Assembly: GCA_011053095.1 (NCBI GenBank)
Contig: DRHS01000137.1
Coordinates: forward strand, 1,120 to 65,119
DNA: 64,000 bases
Origin: Bacteroides sp.
Lineage (GTDB): Bacteria; Bacteroidota; Bacteroidia; Bacteroidales; SM23-62
Reading direction: 5' to 3'
In this document: positions 46,989-57,026 of the stretch, piece by piece
Numbering within the stretch: position 1 is the stretch's first letter
Layout: every line of letters begins with the position of its first letter
The notes under the pieces: model-generated
The model's input: only the letters and a program-made list of their open reading frames with translations
What the model was told of the DNA's origin: nothing
Database searches by the model: none
Position numbers and translations under genes: made by a program

Positions 46989-47861
46989 ATGAGCCACATT
47001 GCCAGCCTGAGTTTCGAAAAACTTAAGCCAATTCTAGACAGGATTGGTTCCGAAGAAAAGTTGGGAAAGTCCCTGGATAATCTAAAGCTGATGTTCAGCC
47101 TTATTGATCTGACAAGCCTTAATACCGATGATACAGCAGACAAGATCAAAAAAATGTGCCTTAAAGTAAACGGAATAAAAGATCAATTCCCCGGTGTTCC
47201 AAATGTTGGTGCCGTTTGTGTTTATCCTTCAATGGTCCATGCCGTAAAGACAAATCTTCTTGCAGAAGGTGTCGGAATTGCTTCTGTTGCTGCCGGGTTC
47301 CCTTCTTCCCAGACTTTTCTCCAGGTTAAGGAAATGGAAAGTAAACTAGCTGTTGATTCCGGGGCCACCGAGATTGATATCGTAATTTCGGTTGGCCGCT
47401 TCCTTGATGCCGATTATGAATTTATGTCAGAAGAGATCCGGAAGATCCGGGAAATCATATCCCCTGCCAAACTTAAAGTTATACTTGAAACGGGACTCCT
47501 CTCATCCCCAGGACAGATTTACAAGGCCTCTGTGACATGCCTACAGGCGGGTGCCGATTTTATTAAAACCTCCACCGGAAAAATACAACCGGCAGCAACT
47601 CCTGAAGCCGTTCTTGTAATGTGCCATGCACTGAAAGACTTTTTTGATGAGACCGGCAGAAAGGCCGGAATAAAACCTGCCGGAGGTATCAGCACTGCCG
47701 ATGAGGCACTTATGTATGCGGGTATTATTAAATCTACCCTCGGAACGGATTGGCTTGATCCAAAATTGTTCCGGATCGGTGCCAGCCGTCTGGCTAACCA
47801 GATCCTCTCGGAAATCTCACATTTAAAATCAGGTATAGCAGAGGATGTGAGCTATTTCTAA
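46989..47861 (+). CDS. deoC: Deoxyribose-phosphate aldolase
   Basis: IDLTSL, GATEID, LKVILETG, FIKTSTGK, KPAGG, RIGAS. Confidence 0.94.
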   Translation: MSHIASLSFEKLKPILDRIGSEEKLGKSLDNLKLMFSLIDLTSLNTDDTADKIKKMCLKVNGIKDQFPGVPNVGAVCVYPSMVHAVKTNLLAEGVGIASVAAGFPSSQTFLQVKEMESKLAVDSGATEIDIVISVGRFLDADYEFMSEEIRKIREIISPAKLKVILETGLLSSPGQIYKASVTCLQAGADFIKTSTGKIQPAATPEAVLVMCHALKDFFDETGRKAGIKPAGGISTADEALMYAGIIKSTLGTDWLDPKLFRIGASRLANQILSEISHLKSGIAEDVSYF

Positions 47862-47899
47862 GTCCTTATTCTTTGGGATATTTGCTATCTTTGCCACCT

Positions 47900-48964
47900 G
47901 TGAATTCAACCTTTTTCTTTTACCAGGATACCACTGCAGTAGTACCCTCTGATACGGTTACCAGCATCCGCAAATTCAGGGTGGAGGAGGCAGATGATAT
48001 TTTCAGAGCAATGGAAAAAAGAGAGGAGGAAATTGATTCCATTGCCCGGGTACGTGCCTACTATGCTTATTTGAGATCAATTGAACAGGAGGAACCCGAG
48101 GGATTTGACACATCGGCAGTTCCCTATTATTTTGTGGCTGATTCACTTGTGCCGGCTGAAAATCCTTTGAGCTATCTCAAACAGCGATTTCATTCATCCA
48201 GGGATACATCCAAGCCCGTCTTTATTGAAAAGCTTGTTGCTACCGAAACCGTTGCAGCAGAATACCCGGGAGAAAACCAGTTGTTATCATCTGTTCCCTC
48301 GCATGAAACTCGCCCTGACTGGTTACTTGGTATCATTATCGGAAGCCTGGTCCTGCTTGCCTGGCTTAAACTTTTCTATAATAAGTTTCTTGACCAGACA
48401 ATTCAATCTGTAGCCAACTACCAGTTATCAACCAAATTGTTAAGAGATCAGAATATTTTTTCCAGGAGGGTGGCATTTGTTCTGAATATAAATTTTGTTC
48501 TTGTAGGAGCTTCCTATGTTTATCTGCTGTTTGGTTTTCTCCGTATAAGGCCGTTTCCCCTGAATGATTTACTCTCATATTTTGGATATGCCGGAATCAT
48601 TTTGGGATTATTGATCCTCAGATTTGTTGTTTCTCACCTGATCGGATACGTTTTTAACAGGCATTTTGAGTTTCGTGAGTACCTTCATCAAATATTGTTG
48701 ATTTATAAAAGTCTTGGGGTATACATGCTTATTCTAGTCATCGGAATAGCCTATATACGGGATGATCTGCGAGTTTACCTTATATATATATCCGGGGTTT
48801 TACTAGTTGCTGCTTTCATTCTCAGGATCGCTAAGGGAATGAAAATCATATTAAATAATAAAGATATTTTAATTTTTTATTTGATTTTATACCTTTGTAC
48901 CCTTGAAATTATACCCTTACTGATTTTTTACAGGTTTTTTTCTTCGTCGTTTTTGGCGGGATAG
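47900..48964 (+). CDS. DUF4271-family membrane protein
   Basis: C-terminal FYLILYLCTLEIIP signature; position upstream of hemD; GTG start after TATCTTTG. Confidence 0.8.
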   Translation: MNSTFFFYQDTTAVVPSDTVTSIRKFRVEEADDIFRAMEKREEEIDSIARVRAYYAYLRSIEQEEPEGFDTSAVPYYFVADSLVPAENPLSYLKQRFHSSRDTSKPVFIEKLVATETVAAEYPGENQLLSSVPSHETRPDWLLGIIIGSLVLLAWLKLFYNKFLDQTIQSVANYQLSTKLLRDQNIFSRRVAFVLNINFVLVGASYVYLLFGFLRIRPFPLNDLLSYFGYAGIILGLLILRFVVSHLIGYVFNRHFEFREYLHQILLIYKSLGVYMLILVIGIAYIRDDLRVYLIYISGVLLVAAFILRIAKGMKIILNNKDILIFYLILYLCTLEIIPLLIFYRFFSSSFLAG

Positions 48965-48981
48965 GATTAAAAGAAAGCTTT

Positions 48982-49737
48982 ATGAAGATAAAGAAAATAC
49001 TTGTTTCTCAACCAAGTCCGGAAAACGGAAAATCTCCATATTACGATTTAGCTGAAAATAACAATCTTCAGATTGATTTCAGGCCTTTTATCCATGTGGA
49101 AGGTATACCTGCCAAAGAATTCAGGCAGGAGCGGATAGATATTCTCGAGCATACCGCTGTTATATTTACAAGCAAGACTTCGGCAGATCATTTTTTCAGG
49201 ATCTGTGAAGAACTACGAATTACGGTTCCTGATACCATGAAGTACTTCTGTATATCAGAATCAACTGCTTATTATCTGCAGAAGTATATTGTCTATCGCA
49301 AGAGAAAGATATTTTACGGGAACGGTAAATTCTCAGACCTGATGGACCTGATCTACAAGCACAAGGAGGAAAATTTTCTCGTCCCCCTTTCAGACATCCA
49401 CAAGGAAGAGATTCCAAAAACCCTCAAGGAACAAAAGATCAAGTACACTAAGGCTATCATTTACAGGACCGTCTGCTCCGATTTGAAAGACATTCCTGTT
49501 GAGGATTATGATATGCTGGTATTTTTCAGTCCATCCGGTATTAAATCTCTCAGGCAGAATTTTCCTGCCTTCGAACAGGAGGGTATCAAGATTGCTTCCT
49601 TTGGTACTACTACTGCGGATGCTGTTGAACAGGCGGGATTCAGACTGGATGTCAAGGCTCCCATGCCTGAAGCTCCTTCCATGACAATGGCGCTTGACCA
49701 GTACATAAAAACCCACAATAAAAATTCCGGAAAATAA
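48982..49737 (+). CDS. hemD: Uroporphyrinogen-III synthase
   Basis: ILVSQP, IDFRPFI, YLQKYIVYRKRK, FFSPSG (Bacteroidota HemD). Confidence 0.88.
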   Translation: MKIKKILVSQPSPENGKSPYYDLAENNNLQIDFRPFIHVEGIPAKEFRQERIDILEHTAVIFTSKTSADHFFRICEELRITVPDTMKYFCISESTAYYLQKYIVYRKRKIFYGNGKFSDLMDLIYKHKEENFLVPLSDIHKEEIPKTLKEQKIKYTKAIIYRTVCSDLKDIPVEDYDMLVFFSPSGIKSLRQNFPAFEQEGIKIASFGTTTADAVEQAGFRLDVKAPMPEAPSMTMALDQYIKTHNKNSGK

Positions 49738-49778
49738 TCTTTTTTTAACTTAGTGGTTCACTGCCAGGAAGGATAGCT

Positions 49779-50168
49779 ATGTCCACCAAGCAAACACTTA
49801 GTAAAGATGAACGACTGAAAAGCAGCCTTGGCATTGAGGACCTGCTTAAGAACGGACATACAGAATCCGGATTTCCATTAAAAATCTTTTGGTCATATTC
49901 CGGAGACTCCCGGCAAAAATCCCCTGTGAGAGTAGCAGTTCTGGTTCCCCGTCGCAAATTTAAGAGAGCAGTTGACCGGAATTTGATGAAAAGACGCATC
50001 AGGGAAGCATATCGACTTAATAAAAATCTAATCTATGAACCCCTGGCTGAGAGGAATTTGAACATTTCACTTATAATTTTGTTTCTGTCTGATGAGTTTA
50101 TATCTTTCGAACGCCTCGAATCGGGAATGCAGGTACTGCTCCTGAGGCTTGTTAAAAAACTTTCGTAA
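49779..50168 (+). CDS. rnpA: Ribonuclease P protein component
   Basis: KDERLKS, VPRRKFKRAVDRNLMKRRIREAYRLNK. Confidence 0.93.
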   Translation: MSTKQTLSKDERLKSSLGIEDLLKNGHTESGFPLKIFWSYSGDSRQKSPVRVAVLVPRRKFKRAVDRNLMKRRIREAYRLNKNLIYEPLAERNLNISLIILFLSDEFISFERLESGMQVLLLRLVKKLS

Positions 50169-50173
50169 AACAC

Positions 50174-51052
50174 ATGCTCCATAAATTGTTTCTTATATCC
50201 CTGATGTTTGCATCCCTGCCCGGAATGGCCCAGGTACTCGATACAATGTATTTTGACCAGAATTGGGAACAGACTACTAAATCAGAGTCCCACTATTATC
50301 GTTATATTTCCATTGATACCTCAGGGGATATCAGGTTTTTTGTTGAAGACTATTTTGGAGGGGGACAAATACAAATGACCGGTACTTATAAATCCATCCG
50401 GCCTGATGATAAGGATGGCCATTTTATTTATTATTATGAGGACGGGGGAAAACAAATGGAATGCTATTACCGTGATAATATATTGCACGGACCTCTTCGG
50501 GAGTGGTATCCTACAGGGCAGGCTGAATCTTTTCAGGAATTTAGCGGTGGGGTTCTGGATGGGGAATTTACATCCTGGCGAGAGGATGGAAGCAAGAAAC
50601 TGAATGCGCGCTACCACGGTGGAACAAAGCATGGGAATTTTCATTCTTTCTATCCCAACGGACAGATGGTCCGCAATGACTATTTCGAAAATGACAGGCT
50701 TGTTGAAGGAAAGTGTTTCTCTCCGGAAGGCGAACCCCTTGAATACTTTCCATATGTAAAGATGCCCGAATTCCCGGGAGGTCAGCCGGCATTGTACAAG
50801 TTTGTAGAAAAAGAATTAAAATATCCCCATGAAGCTAAAAAAAACAACTTTGAAGGAGCTGTTTTGATCCTGTTCACAATTGATGAGGAAGGATATGTGA
50901 GAGATCCCAGGGTGGTAAACGGCAACCGTGATTCTTTCAATAATGAAGCAATACGCGTAGTAAATTCATTCCCCCGCTGGAACCCGGGAGAAGTAGATGG
51001 GATTGCATCCCCGATACAGGTGAGCGTCCCTATTGAATTCCGTCTTCGATAA
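50174..51052 (+). CDS. TonB C-terminal domain protein with MORN-variant repeats
   Basis: G...YY.NG repeats; MPEFPGG, YPHEA, GAVLILFTIDEEG, WNPG TonB_C. Confidence 0.85.
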   Translation: MLHKLFLISLMFASLPGMAQVLDTMYFDQNWEQTTKSESHYYRYISIDTSGDIRFFVEDYFGGGQIQMTGTYKSIRPDDKDGHFIYYYEDGGKQMECYYRDNILHGPLREWYPTGQAESFQEFSGGVLDGEFTSWREDGSKKLNARYHGGTKHGNFHSFYPNGQMVRNDYFENDRLVEGKCFSPEGEPLEYFPYVKMPEFPGGQPALYKFVEKELKYPHEAKKNNFEGAVLILFTIDEEGYVRDPRVVNGNRDSFNNEAIRVVNSFPRWNPGEVDGIASPIQVSVPIEFRLR

Positions 51053-51144
51053 TTAAATATTCTGTTCCGGTTTATTTCCTGCCAGATTTACTAATTTTGG
51101 TTAGAGTCAATTCCTATTTCCGGTATTTACCAAACTCATTAGTG

Positions 51145-54100
51145 ATGAAAACCTCATTGGCAATTTCCAGCAGGATTATTTTTCTCGTAATAATTTCAAT
51201 GCTTTTCTGCTGTAAACAGGATACAGGGCGGGCGGTAGCAATTGATCCTGGATTTACATCCTATATATCAGCTTTTACTTCGGGTAATGTCAGCAAACAG
51301 GCAGCAATACGTGTTCGTCTTTCCGAAGAACTCCCGGAAGAAATTGACAATTCAATAATTGAGAACATATTTCAATTGTCTCCTGCCATTAAAGGTGATT
51401 CCTACCTGGCTGACCGAAGGACCATTGAATTCCGTCCGGACGATGAGTTTAAATCAGGGGCTACCTATAAAGTAAGTTTCAGTCTGGATAAACTTATGGA
51501 GGTGCCGGCAAATCTTAAGACTTTTACTTTTAAATTCCATACAATAGAACAAAGTTTTTCGGTTAGTCATGACGGTATCCGCACCTATGACCCCAAAAAC
51601 CTCAGATGGCTGTATATAGAGGGATCCCTTCAGACTGCTGACGCCATTGAAGAGTCGGAGTTAGAGGGACTTCTATACGCAACACAGGCTTCCTCATCCC
51701 TTGAAATTCGCTGGGATTTTGATTCTGAAGGAAGAAACCATTCATTTATAATTGACAGCATACAACGAAAAGAAGAAGAAGGACTGGTCAACCTTGGATG
51801 GGATGGGAAAAATATCAACTCAAAAATCAGCGGAAAAGAAGAAGTTAGTATTCCTGCCCTGGGTGATTTCAAAATCATGGATGTTTCCGTTGTACAGCAG
51901 CCACAGCAATATATTTCACTCAGATTTTCGGATCCTCTGAAAGAGAAACAGTACCTGGATGGACTGATCACAATTGAAAATGAGACTGATGTATCCTTTA
52001 TCATTGAAAAAAACGAAATCCGCGCCTATCCTTCTGTCCGGCAGACCGGAAACATGAAGGTTTTTGTTTTTCCCGGTATACGTAATATCCTTGACTTTAA
52101 ACTTAAGGCCGGAAATGAGTATTCCGTAAGCTTTGAAGAAGTCAAGCCCGCCGTTCGTCTGATTGGCAATGGAGTAATTATTCCTTCATCCAATGGACTT
52201 ATTTTCCCCTTTGAGGCTGTAAATCTTAAGGCCGTTGAGGTCAGAATAGTCCGAATTTATGAAAACAACATAGGTCAATTCCTTCAGGTCAACCATCTTG
52301 ACGGAGATTACCAGTTGAAAAGGGTAGGTCGACTGCTTGTCCGAAAAATCATCCAGCTCAATACCGTAGCTTCAATTGATTTTGGGAAGTGGAACACCTA
52401 TTCCCTTGATCTGTCCGAATTGATAGAAAGTGAGCCCGGTGCCATCTACAGAGTAGAATTGGGTTTCAGACAAAAACATTCACTTTTCCCATGCCAGGGA
52501 GACAATGAGGATGAAGATTACATGGAATACATTGAAGAAGAATATGAGCAGTCCCTCGAGGCCGAACTAAGCTACTGGGATGCCGTTGAAAGCTACTACT
52601 ATGATGATGGGTACTATTATTATTACGATTGGAATGAAAGAGAAGATCCCTGCTCTCCGTCCTACTATGGCAAGCATAGATCAGTAGCCAGGAATGTATT
52701 GGCCTCAGATCTCGGCATAATTGCCAAGGGCGGATCGGATAATTCCATGTCTGTGGCCATAACTGATTTGCGCACAACAGAGCCTCTTTCAGGAGTTGAA
52801 ATTGAGATTTACAATTATCAGCAGCAACCTATCGGATCAATAAGGACTGATGACAATGGGCTAGCCTCAGTATCCCTCGAAAATAAACCCTTCCTCCTTA
52901 TTGCACTTCTGGGTAAACAAAGAGGTTATCTCCGGCTGGATGATGGTTCTTCTCTCTCACTAAGCCGATTTGATGTTTCCGGAAATGTTATTCAAAAGGG
53001 TGTAAAAGCATTTATCTATGGTGAAAGGGGAGTCTGGCGCCCCGGAGACACCCTGTTTTTAACCTTCATGCTGGAAGACCGTAAACAGCTGCTGCCTCCG
53101 GATCATCCTGTGAAATTCGAGCTTTTAAATCCTCAGGGGCAACTAGTTAAGAAAATGATCCGCAGCAGTTCTGTACATGGTTTTTATTCCTTTGTTACAG
53201 CAACACTTCCAGACGCTCCCACAGGAAACTGGACGGCAAGAATAAAGATCGGTGGACTCACATTTACAAAGTGGTTGAGAATTGAAACGGTAAAACCAAA
53301 CCGAATGAAGATCAACCTTGATTTTGGCACTGAAATGTTGTCCGTTGCAGATCCTTCTGTTCGTGGAAAACTGGAGGTTGCCTGGTTGCATGGAGCCGTA
53401 GCAAGAAATCTCAGGGCTAATGTTTCTGTTGTCTTGAATCAGATGAATACAAGGTTTGACAAATTTCGGGATTACAATTTTGACGATCCGGTTCGCACAT
53501 ACTATGCAGAAGAACATACACTTTTTGATGGACGGCTTGGTGAAACAGGTAAAGCTTCATTCTCAACAAATATCCGTACGGGTACCTCCAGTCCGGGAAT
53601 GCTCAGGGCCAGCTTTATTACCCGTGTATTCGAGGAAAGCGGAGAATTCAGTATAGACCGTCATTCCGTTCCTTTTTCCCCCTACTCAGGTTATGTGGGT
53701 ATAAAAACCCCAAAGGGTGATAAAGCCCGTGGAATGCTCCTGACCGATACAACCCATATTGTAGAACTTGTTACTGTGGATCCGGACGGGAATCCTGTGG
53801 ACCGGAACAACCTGGATGTTAAAATCTATAAGGTTTCTTGGCGGTGGTGGTGGGACGCCGGTTATGATAATCTCGCTTCCTATGTTGGTGGCTCTGAACA
53901 TCAGCCGGTACATTCATCAAAGGTTAATATCAGCGGAGGGAAAGGAAGCTTCAGTTTCAGGATTGATTACCCGGAGTGGGGGCGCTACATGATAAGGGTT
54001 ATTGACCCTGTAAGTGGCCATGCCAGTGGTAAGATTGTATATATTGATTGGGCCGGATGGGCCGGCAGGGCACAAAGAGAAAATCCGGGAGGTGCAGCAA

Positions 54101-56718
54101 TGCTGAGTTTCAGTGCCGATAAGCAAATCTACCAGGTCGGTGAAATTGCCAATATTTCAATTCCTTCATCCGGTAAGGGCAGGGCTCTTGTCAGTATTGA
54201 AAACGGTTCGGGTGTTATTGAAGCCCACTGGGTTGAAGCAACTATGCCTGAAACCAGGTTTAATTTTGAAGTAAAACCTGAAATGGCCCCTAATATATAT
54301 GTTAATATCAGCCTGATACAACCTCATATTCAATCCGATAATGACCTTCCGATCCGTCTTTACGGCGTGATCCCTCTGATGGTTGAAGATCCTCAGACAA
54401 GGCTTCATCCGGAGATTGAAATGCCAGACGTTCTTCGTCCGGAAGAAAAAGTCAGTGTAAAAATAAGTGAACGGGATGGTAAAGAATGTTCCTATACAAT
54501 TGCAATGGTTGATGAGGGACTCCTGGATCTTACCCGGTTTTCCACACCAAGTCCATGGGATCATTTCTATGCACGTGAGGCACTTGGTGTCCGGACATGG
54601 GATGTTTATGATGCAGTCCTTGGAGCTTATGGAGGAAAAATTGAACAAATTTTTGCCATCGGTGGGGGATTTGATGAAGATGAAGCCGGAGAAGATTCAA
54701 AATCAAGAGCCATGCGTTTTAAGCCCATGGTAAGGTTCATTGGTCCATTTACCCTTGGCAAGGGACAATCGCATTCCCACTCCATTGAGATGCCTAATTA
54801 TGTGGGTTCAGTAAGAACGATGGTAATTGCCGGAGACCAGTTTGCATATGGAAAAGTAGAGAAAGCAACACCTGTAAAAAAACCGCTGATGGTACTCGCA
54901 ACCCTCCCTAGAGTGCTTGGTCCCGGTGAGGAAGTAAGTCTGCCCGTAACCGTCTTTGCAATGGAGGAAAATATCCGGAATGTAACAGTTGAAGTGAAAA
55001 CAAATGAACTGTTGGAGATTACAGGAGGGGATAAAAAACGGATGAGCTTTGAAACTACCGGAGATAAACTTGAAACATTTAATATCACAGTAGGCAACAG
55101 GATTGGTATAGGTAAAGTTGAGGTTATTGCAAACAGTGGAACGGAAACCGCGTCGTACGATATTGAAATTGAAGTACGCAATCCAAATCCGCCCGTAGCT
55201 GATTTTATTGACGAAGTGGTTGAACCCGGTCAATCTCTGGAAAAATCATATACCTTCCCCGGAATGCCCGGCACCAACAGCTCAACGCTGGAGGTCTCAA
55301 ATATTCCACCAATTGATTTCGGAAGAAGGCTTAAATACCTTCTGGGTTATCCGCATGGATGTGTAGAACAAACGACCTCAGCAGCTTTTCCGCAATTGTT
55401 CATCGCTGATGTTACAGATCTTGATGATGCCCTGAAAGCTAAAACCGAGACAAATATTAAAGCTGCCATCAAACGTCTGCAAACATTCCTGCTGCCTTCC
55501 GGTGGACTTTCATACTGGCCGGGGTCAAGTGAGACAAACCTCTGGGCAACATCATACGCCGGACATTTTCTGTTGGAAGCTGAGAACAGGGGGTTTGCAA
55601 TACCTGCTAATTTTAAAAACCAGTGGACCAGGTTTCAGAGTAAGGAATCCCGTCGATGGAGAAAAAACGCCGATCAATTCAGGCAGGATGACCTGATACA
55701 GGCTTATCGTCTTTATACCCTCGCTCTCGCAGGTAAGCCTGAACTTGGAGCCATGAACCGGTTACGGGAGATGGACGTATCGGTTCAGTCACGGTGGCGC
55801 CTTGCAGCGGCTTATGCCCTTGCCGGACAAATAAGCACCGCTGAAGAGCTTGTCGTGGAGGGAGTTCCGGATATCAAGGAATACTCCGGATTCAACTATA
55901 GCTACGGATCCCGTGAAAGAGACCTTGCAATGATACTTGAAACCCTCGTTCTTTTAGACAAAAGAAGCGAAGGAGCAATCCTGGCCAGGAAGATTTCAGA
56001 TGAACTTCGAAGCAGAAGATGGATGAGCACCCAGACGACTGCTTATTGCCTGATGGCCATGTCTAAGTTTGCCGGAACCGAGGGTGTATCCAAAGAATTG
56101 AGCTTTGCCTATCAGATTAATGACGGAAAGAATACCAGCGCCAATACCAGGCTCTCCATTGCTCAAATTGATCTTGATCCCGGAGATGAACCCGGAGGTA
56201 AGATTCATCTGGAAAACCGGGGTGAAGGAATAATTTTTGTGAGAATCAGCATGGAAGGTACCCCCACCGCTGGAACAGAAATTGCCTCAGAGAACAATCT
56301 GAAAATGAATGTCAGGTACACTGACATGGGAGGAAGCCCGTTAAATGTTTCAACCTTGCAGCAAGGTACAGACTTCCTGGCACATGTAAGCCTTTCAAAT
56401 CCATATGGAGTGAATATTTACAAAGACATGGCACTTAATCAGATTTTTCCTTCCGGATGGGAGATCCATAACACACGTATGGATGAATCAGGGTCTGTTC
56501 ATGCTCGAGATCAGCCTGAATACCAGGATATTCGCGATGACAGGGTATATACATATTTTGATATTAAAAGACAGGGCCGCAATAACTATGTGATTCAGCT
56601 AAATGCTGCTTACCTGGGACGATTTTATTTACCCGCAGTATATTGTGAAGCAATGTATGATGAAACAGTAAATGCCCTTAGTCCGGGACAGTGGGTTGAG
56701 GTTGTTAAAACAAAATAG
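51145..56718 (+). CDS. Bacterial alpha-2-macroglobulin (lipoprotein)
   Basis: Lipobox-like LFCC; ERGVWRPGD; AMVDEG; thioester GCVEQ at about 55357-55371; DIRDDRV, EAMY. Confidence 0.93.
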   Translation: MKTSLAISSRIIFLVIISMLFCCKQDTGRAVAIDPGFTSYISAFTSGNVSKQAAIRVRLSEELPEEIDNSIIENIFQLSPAIKGDSYLADRRTIEFRPDDEFKSGATYKVSFSLDKLMEVPANLKTFTFKFHTIEQSFSVSHDGIRTYDPKNLRWLYIEGSLQTADAIEESELEGLLYATQASSSLEIRWDFDSEGRNHSFIIDSIQRKEEEGLVNLGWDGKNINSKISGKEEVSIPALGDFKIMDVSVVQQPQQYISLRFSDPLKEKQYLDGLITIENETDVSFIIEKNEIRAYPSVRQTGNMKVFVFPGIRNILDFKLKAGNEYSVSFEEVKPAVRLIGNGVIIPSSNGLIFPFEAVNLKAVEVRIVRIYENNIGQFLQVNHLDGDYQLKRVGRLLVRKIIQLNTVASIDFGKWNTYSLDLSELIESEPGAIYRVELGFRQKHSLFPCQGDNEDEDYMEYIEEEYEQSLEAELSYWDAVESYYYDDGYYYYYDWNEREDPCSPSYYGKHRSVARNVLASDLGIIAKGGSDNSMSVAITDLRTTEPLSGVEIEIYNYQQQPIGSIRTDDNGLASVSLENKPFLLIALLGKQRGYLRLDDGSSLSLSRFDVSGNVIQKGVKAFIYGERGVWRPGDTLFLTFMLEDRKQLLPPDHPVKFELLNPQGQLVKKMIRSSSVHGFYSFVTATLPDAPTGNWTARIKIGGLTFTKWLRIETVKPNRMKINLDFGTEMLSVADPSVRGKLEVAWLHGAVARNLRANVSVVLNQMNTRFDKFRDYNFDDPVRTYYAEEHTLFDGRLGETGKASFSTNIRTGTSSPGMLRASFITRVFEESGEFSIDRHSVPFSPYSGYVGIKTPKGDKARGMLLTDTTHIVELVTVDPDGNPVDRNNLDVKIYKVSWRWWWDAGYDNLASYVGGSEHQPVHSSKVNISGGKGSFSFRIDYPEWGRYMIRVIDPVSGHASGKIVYIDWAGWAGRAQRENPGGAAMLSFSADKQIYQVGEIANISIPSSGKGRALVSIENGSGVIEAHWVEATMPETRFNFEVKPEMAPNIYVNISLIQPHIQSDNDLPIRLYGVIPLMVEDPQTRLHPEIEMPDVLRPEEKVSVKISERDGKECSYTIAMVDEGLLDLTRFSTPSPWDHFYAREALGVRTWDVYDAVLGAYGGKIEQIFAIGGGFDEDEAGEDSKSRAMRFKPMVRFIGPFTLGKGQSHSHSIEMPNYVGSVRTMVIAGDQFAYGKVEKATPVKKPLMVLATLPRVLGPGEEVSLPVTVFAMEENIRNVTVEVKTNELLEITGGDKKRMSFETTGDKLETFNITVGNRIGIGKVEVIANSGTETASYDIEIEVRNPNPPVADFIDEVVEPGQSLEKSYTFPGMPGTNSSTLEVSNIPPIDFGRRLKYLLGYPHGCVEQTTSAAFPQLFIADVTDLDDALKAKTETNIKAAIKRLQTFLLPSGGLSYWPGSSETNLWATSYAGHFLLEAENRGFAIPANFKNQWTRFQSKESRRWRKNADQFRQDDLIQAYRLYTLALAGKPELGAMNRLREMDVSVQSRWRLAAAYALAGQISTAEELVVEGVPDIKEYSGFNYSYGSRERDLAMILETLVLLDKRSEGAILARKISDELRSRRWMSTQTTAYCLMAMSKFAGTEGVSKELSFAYQINDGKNTSANTRLSIAQIDLDPGDEPGGKIHLENRGEGIIFVRISMEGTPTAGTEIASENNLKMNVRYTDMGGSPLNVSTLQQGTDFLAHVSLSNPYGVNIYKDMALNQIFPSGWEIHNTRMDESGSVHARDQPEYQDIRDDRVYTYFDIKRQGRNNYVIQLNAAYLGRFYLPAVYCEAMYDETVNALSPGQWVEVVKTK

Positions 56719-56729
56719 ATAAATTAATT

Positions 56730-56984
56730 ATGGCGTATAATGAATTTCTTGCTGAGCGCATAAAACTTGTCCTTAAGGAGAAAACGGTGCCCTTTACCGA
56801 AAAAGCGATGATGGGTGGACTTACTTTTATGATAGACGACAAAATGTGTGTGGGTATTGTTAAAGATAGCCTTATGGCAAGAATCGACCCGGAGGGGTAT
56901 GATCTGGACACGGATCTTGAATATTGGATCGATCTTGCTCTTGAGTATAATCCAAAGGCCAGGTCAAGCAAAAAGAAAACCTAA
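56730..56984 (+). CDS. TfoX/Sxy N-terminal-domain protein, internally deleted (possible pseudogene)
   Basis: MAYNEFLAERI, EKAMMGGLTFMIDDKMCVG, WIDLALEYNP; central MDFTGRPMKG-type segment missing. Confidence 0.7.
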   Translation: MAYNEFLAERIKLVLKEKTVPFTEKAMMGGLTFMIDDKMCVGIVKDSLMARIDPEGYDLDTDLEYWIDLALEYNPKARSSKKKT

Positions 56985-57026
56985 CCAAACCGGGGCCGCC
57001 CCTGCGATGCTTTGCTGTTGAAATAC

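Noticed and set aside
49779-50168. rnpA not flanked by rpmH/yidC
   Set aside because: The DUF4271-hemD-rnpA arrangement is the normal Bacteroidota context
50174-51052. MORN/YwqK-like repeats suggesting an antitoxin
   Set aside because: They are fused to a TonB C-terminal domain with a signal peptide and no toxin is adjacent; a common Bacteroidota architecture
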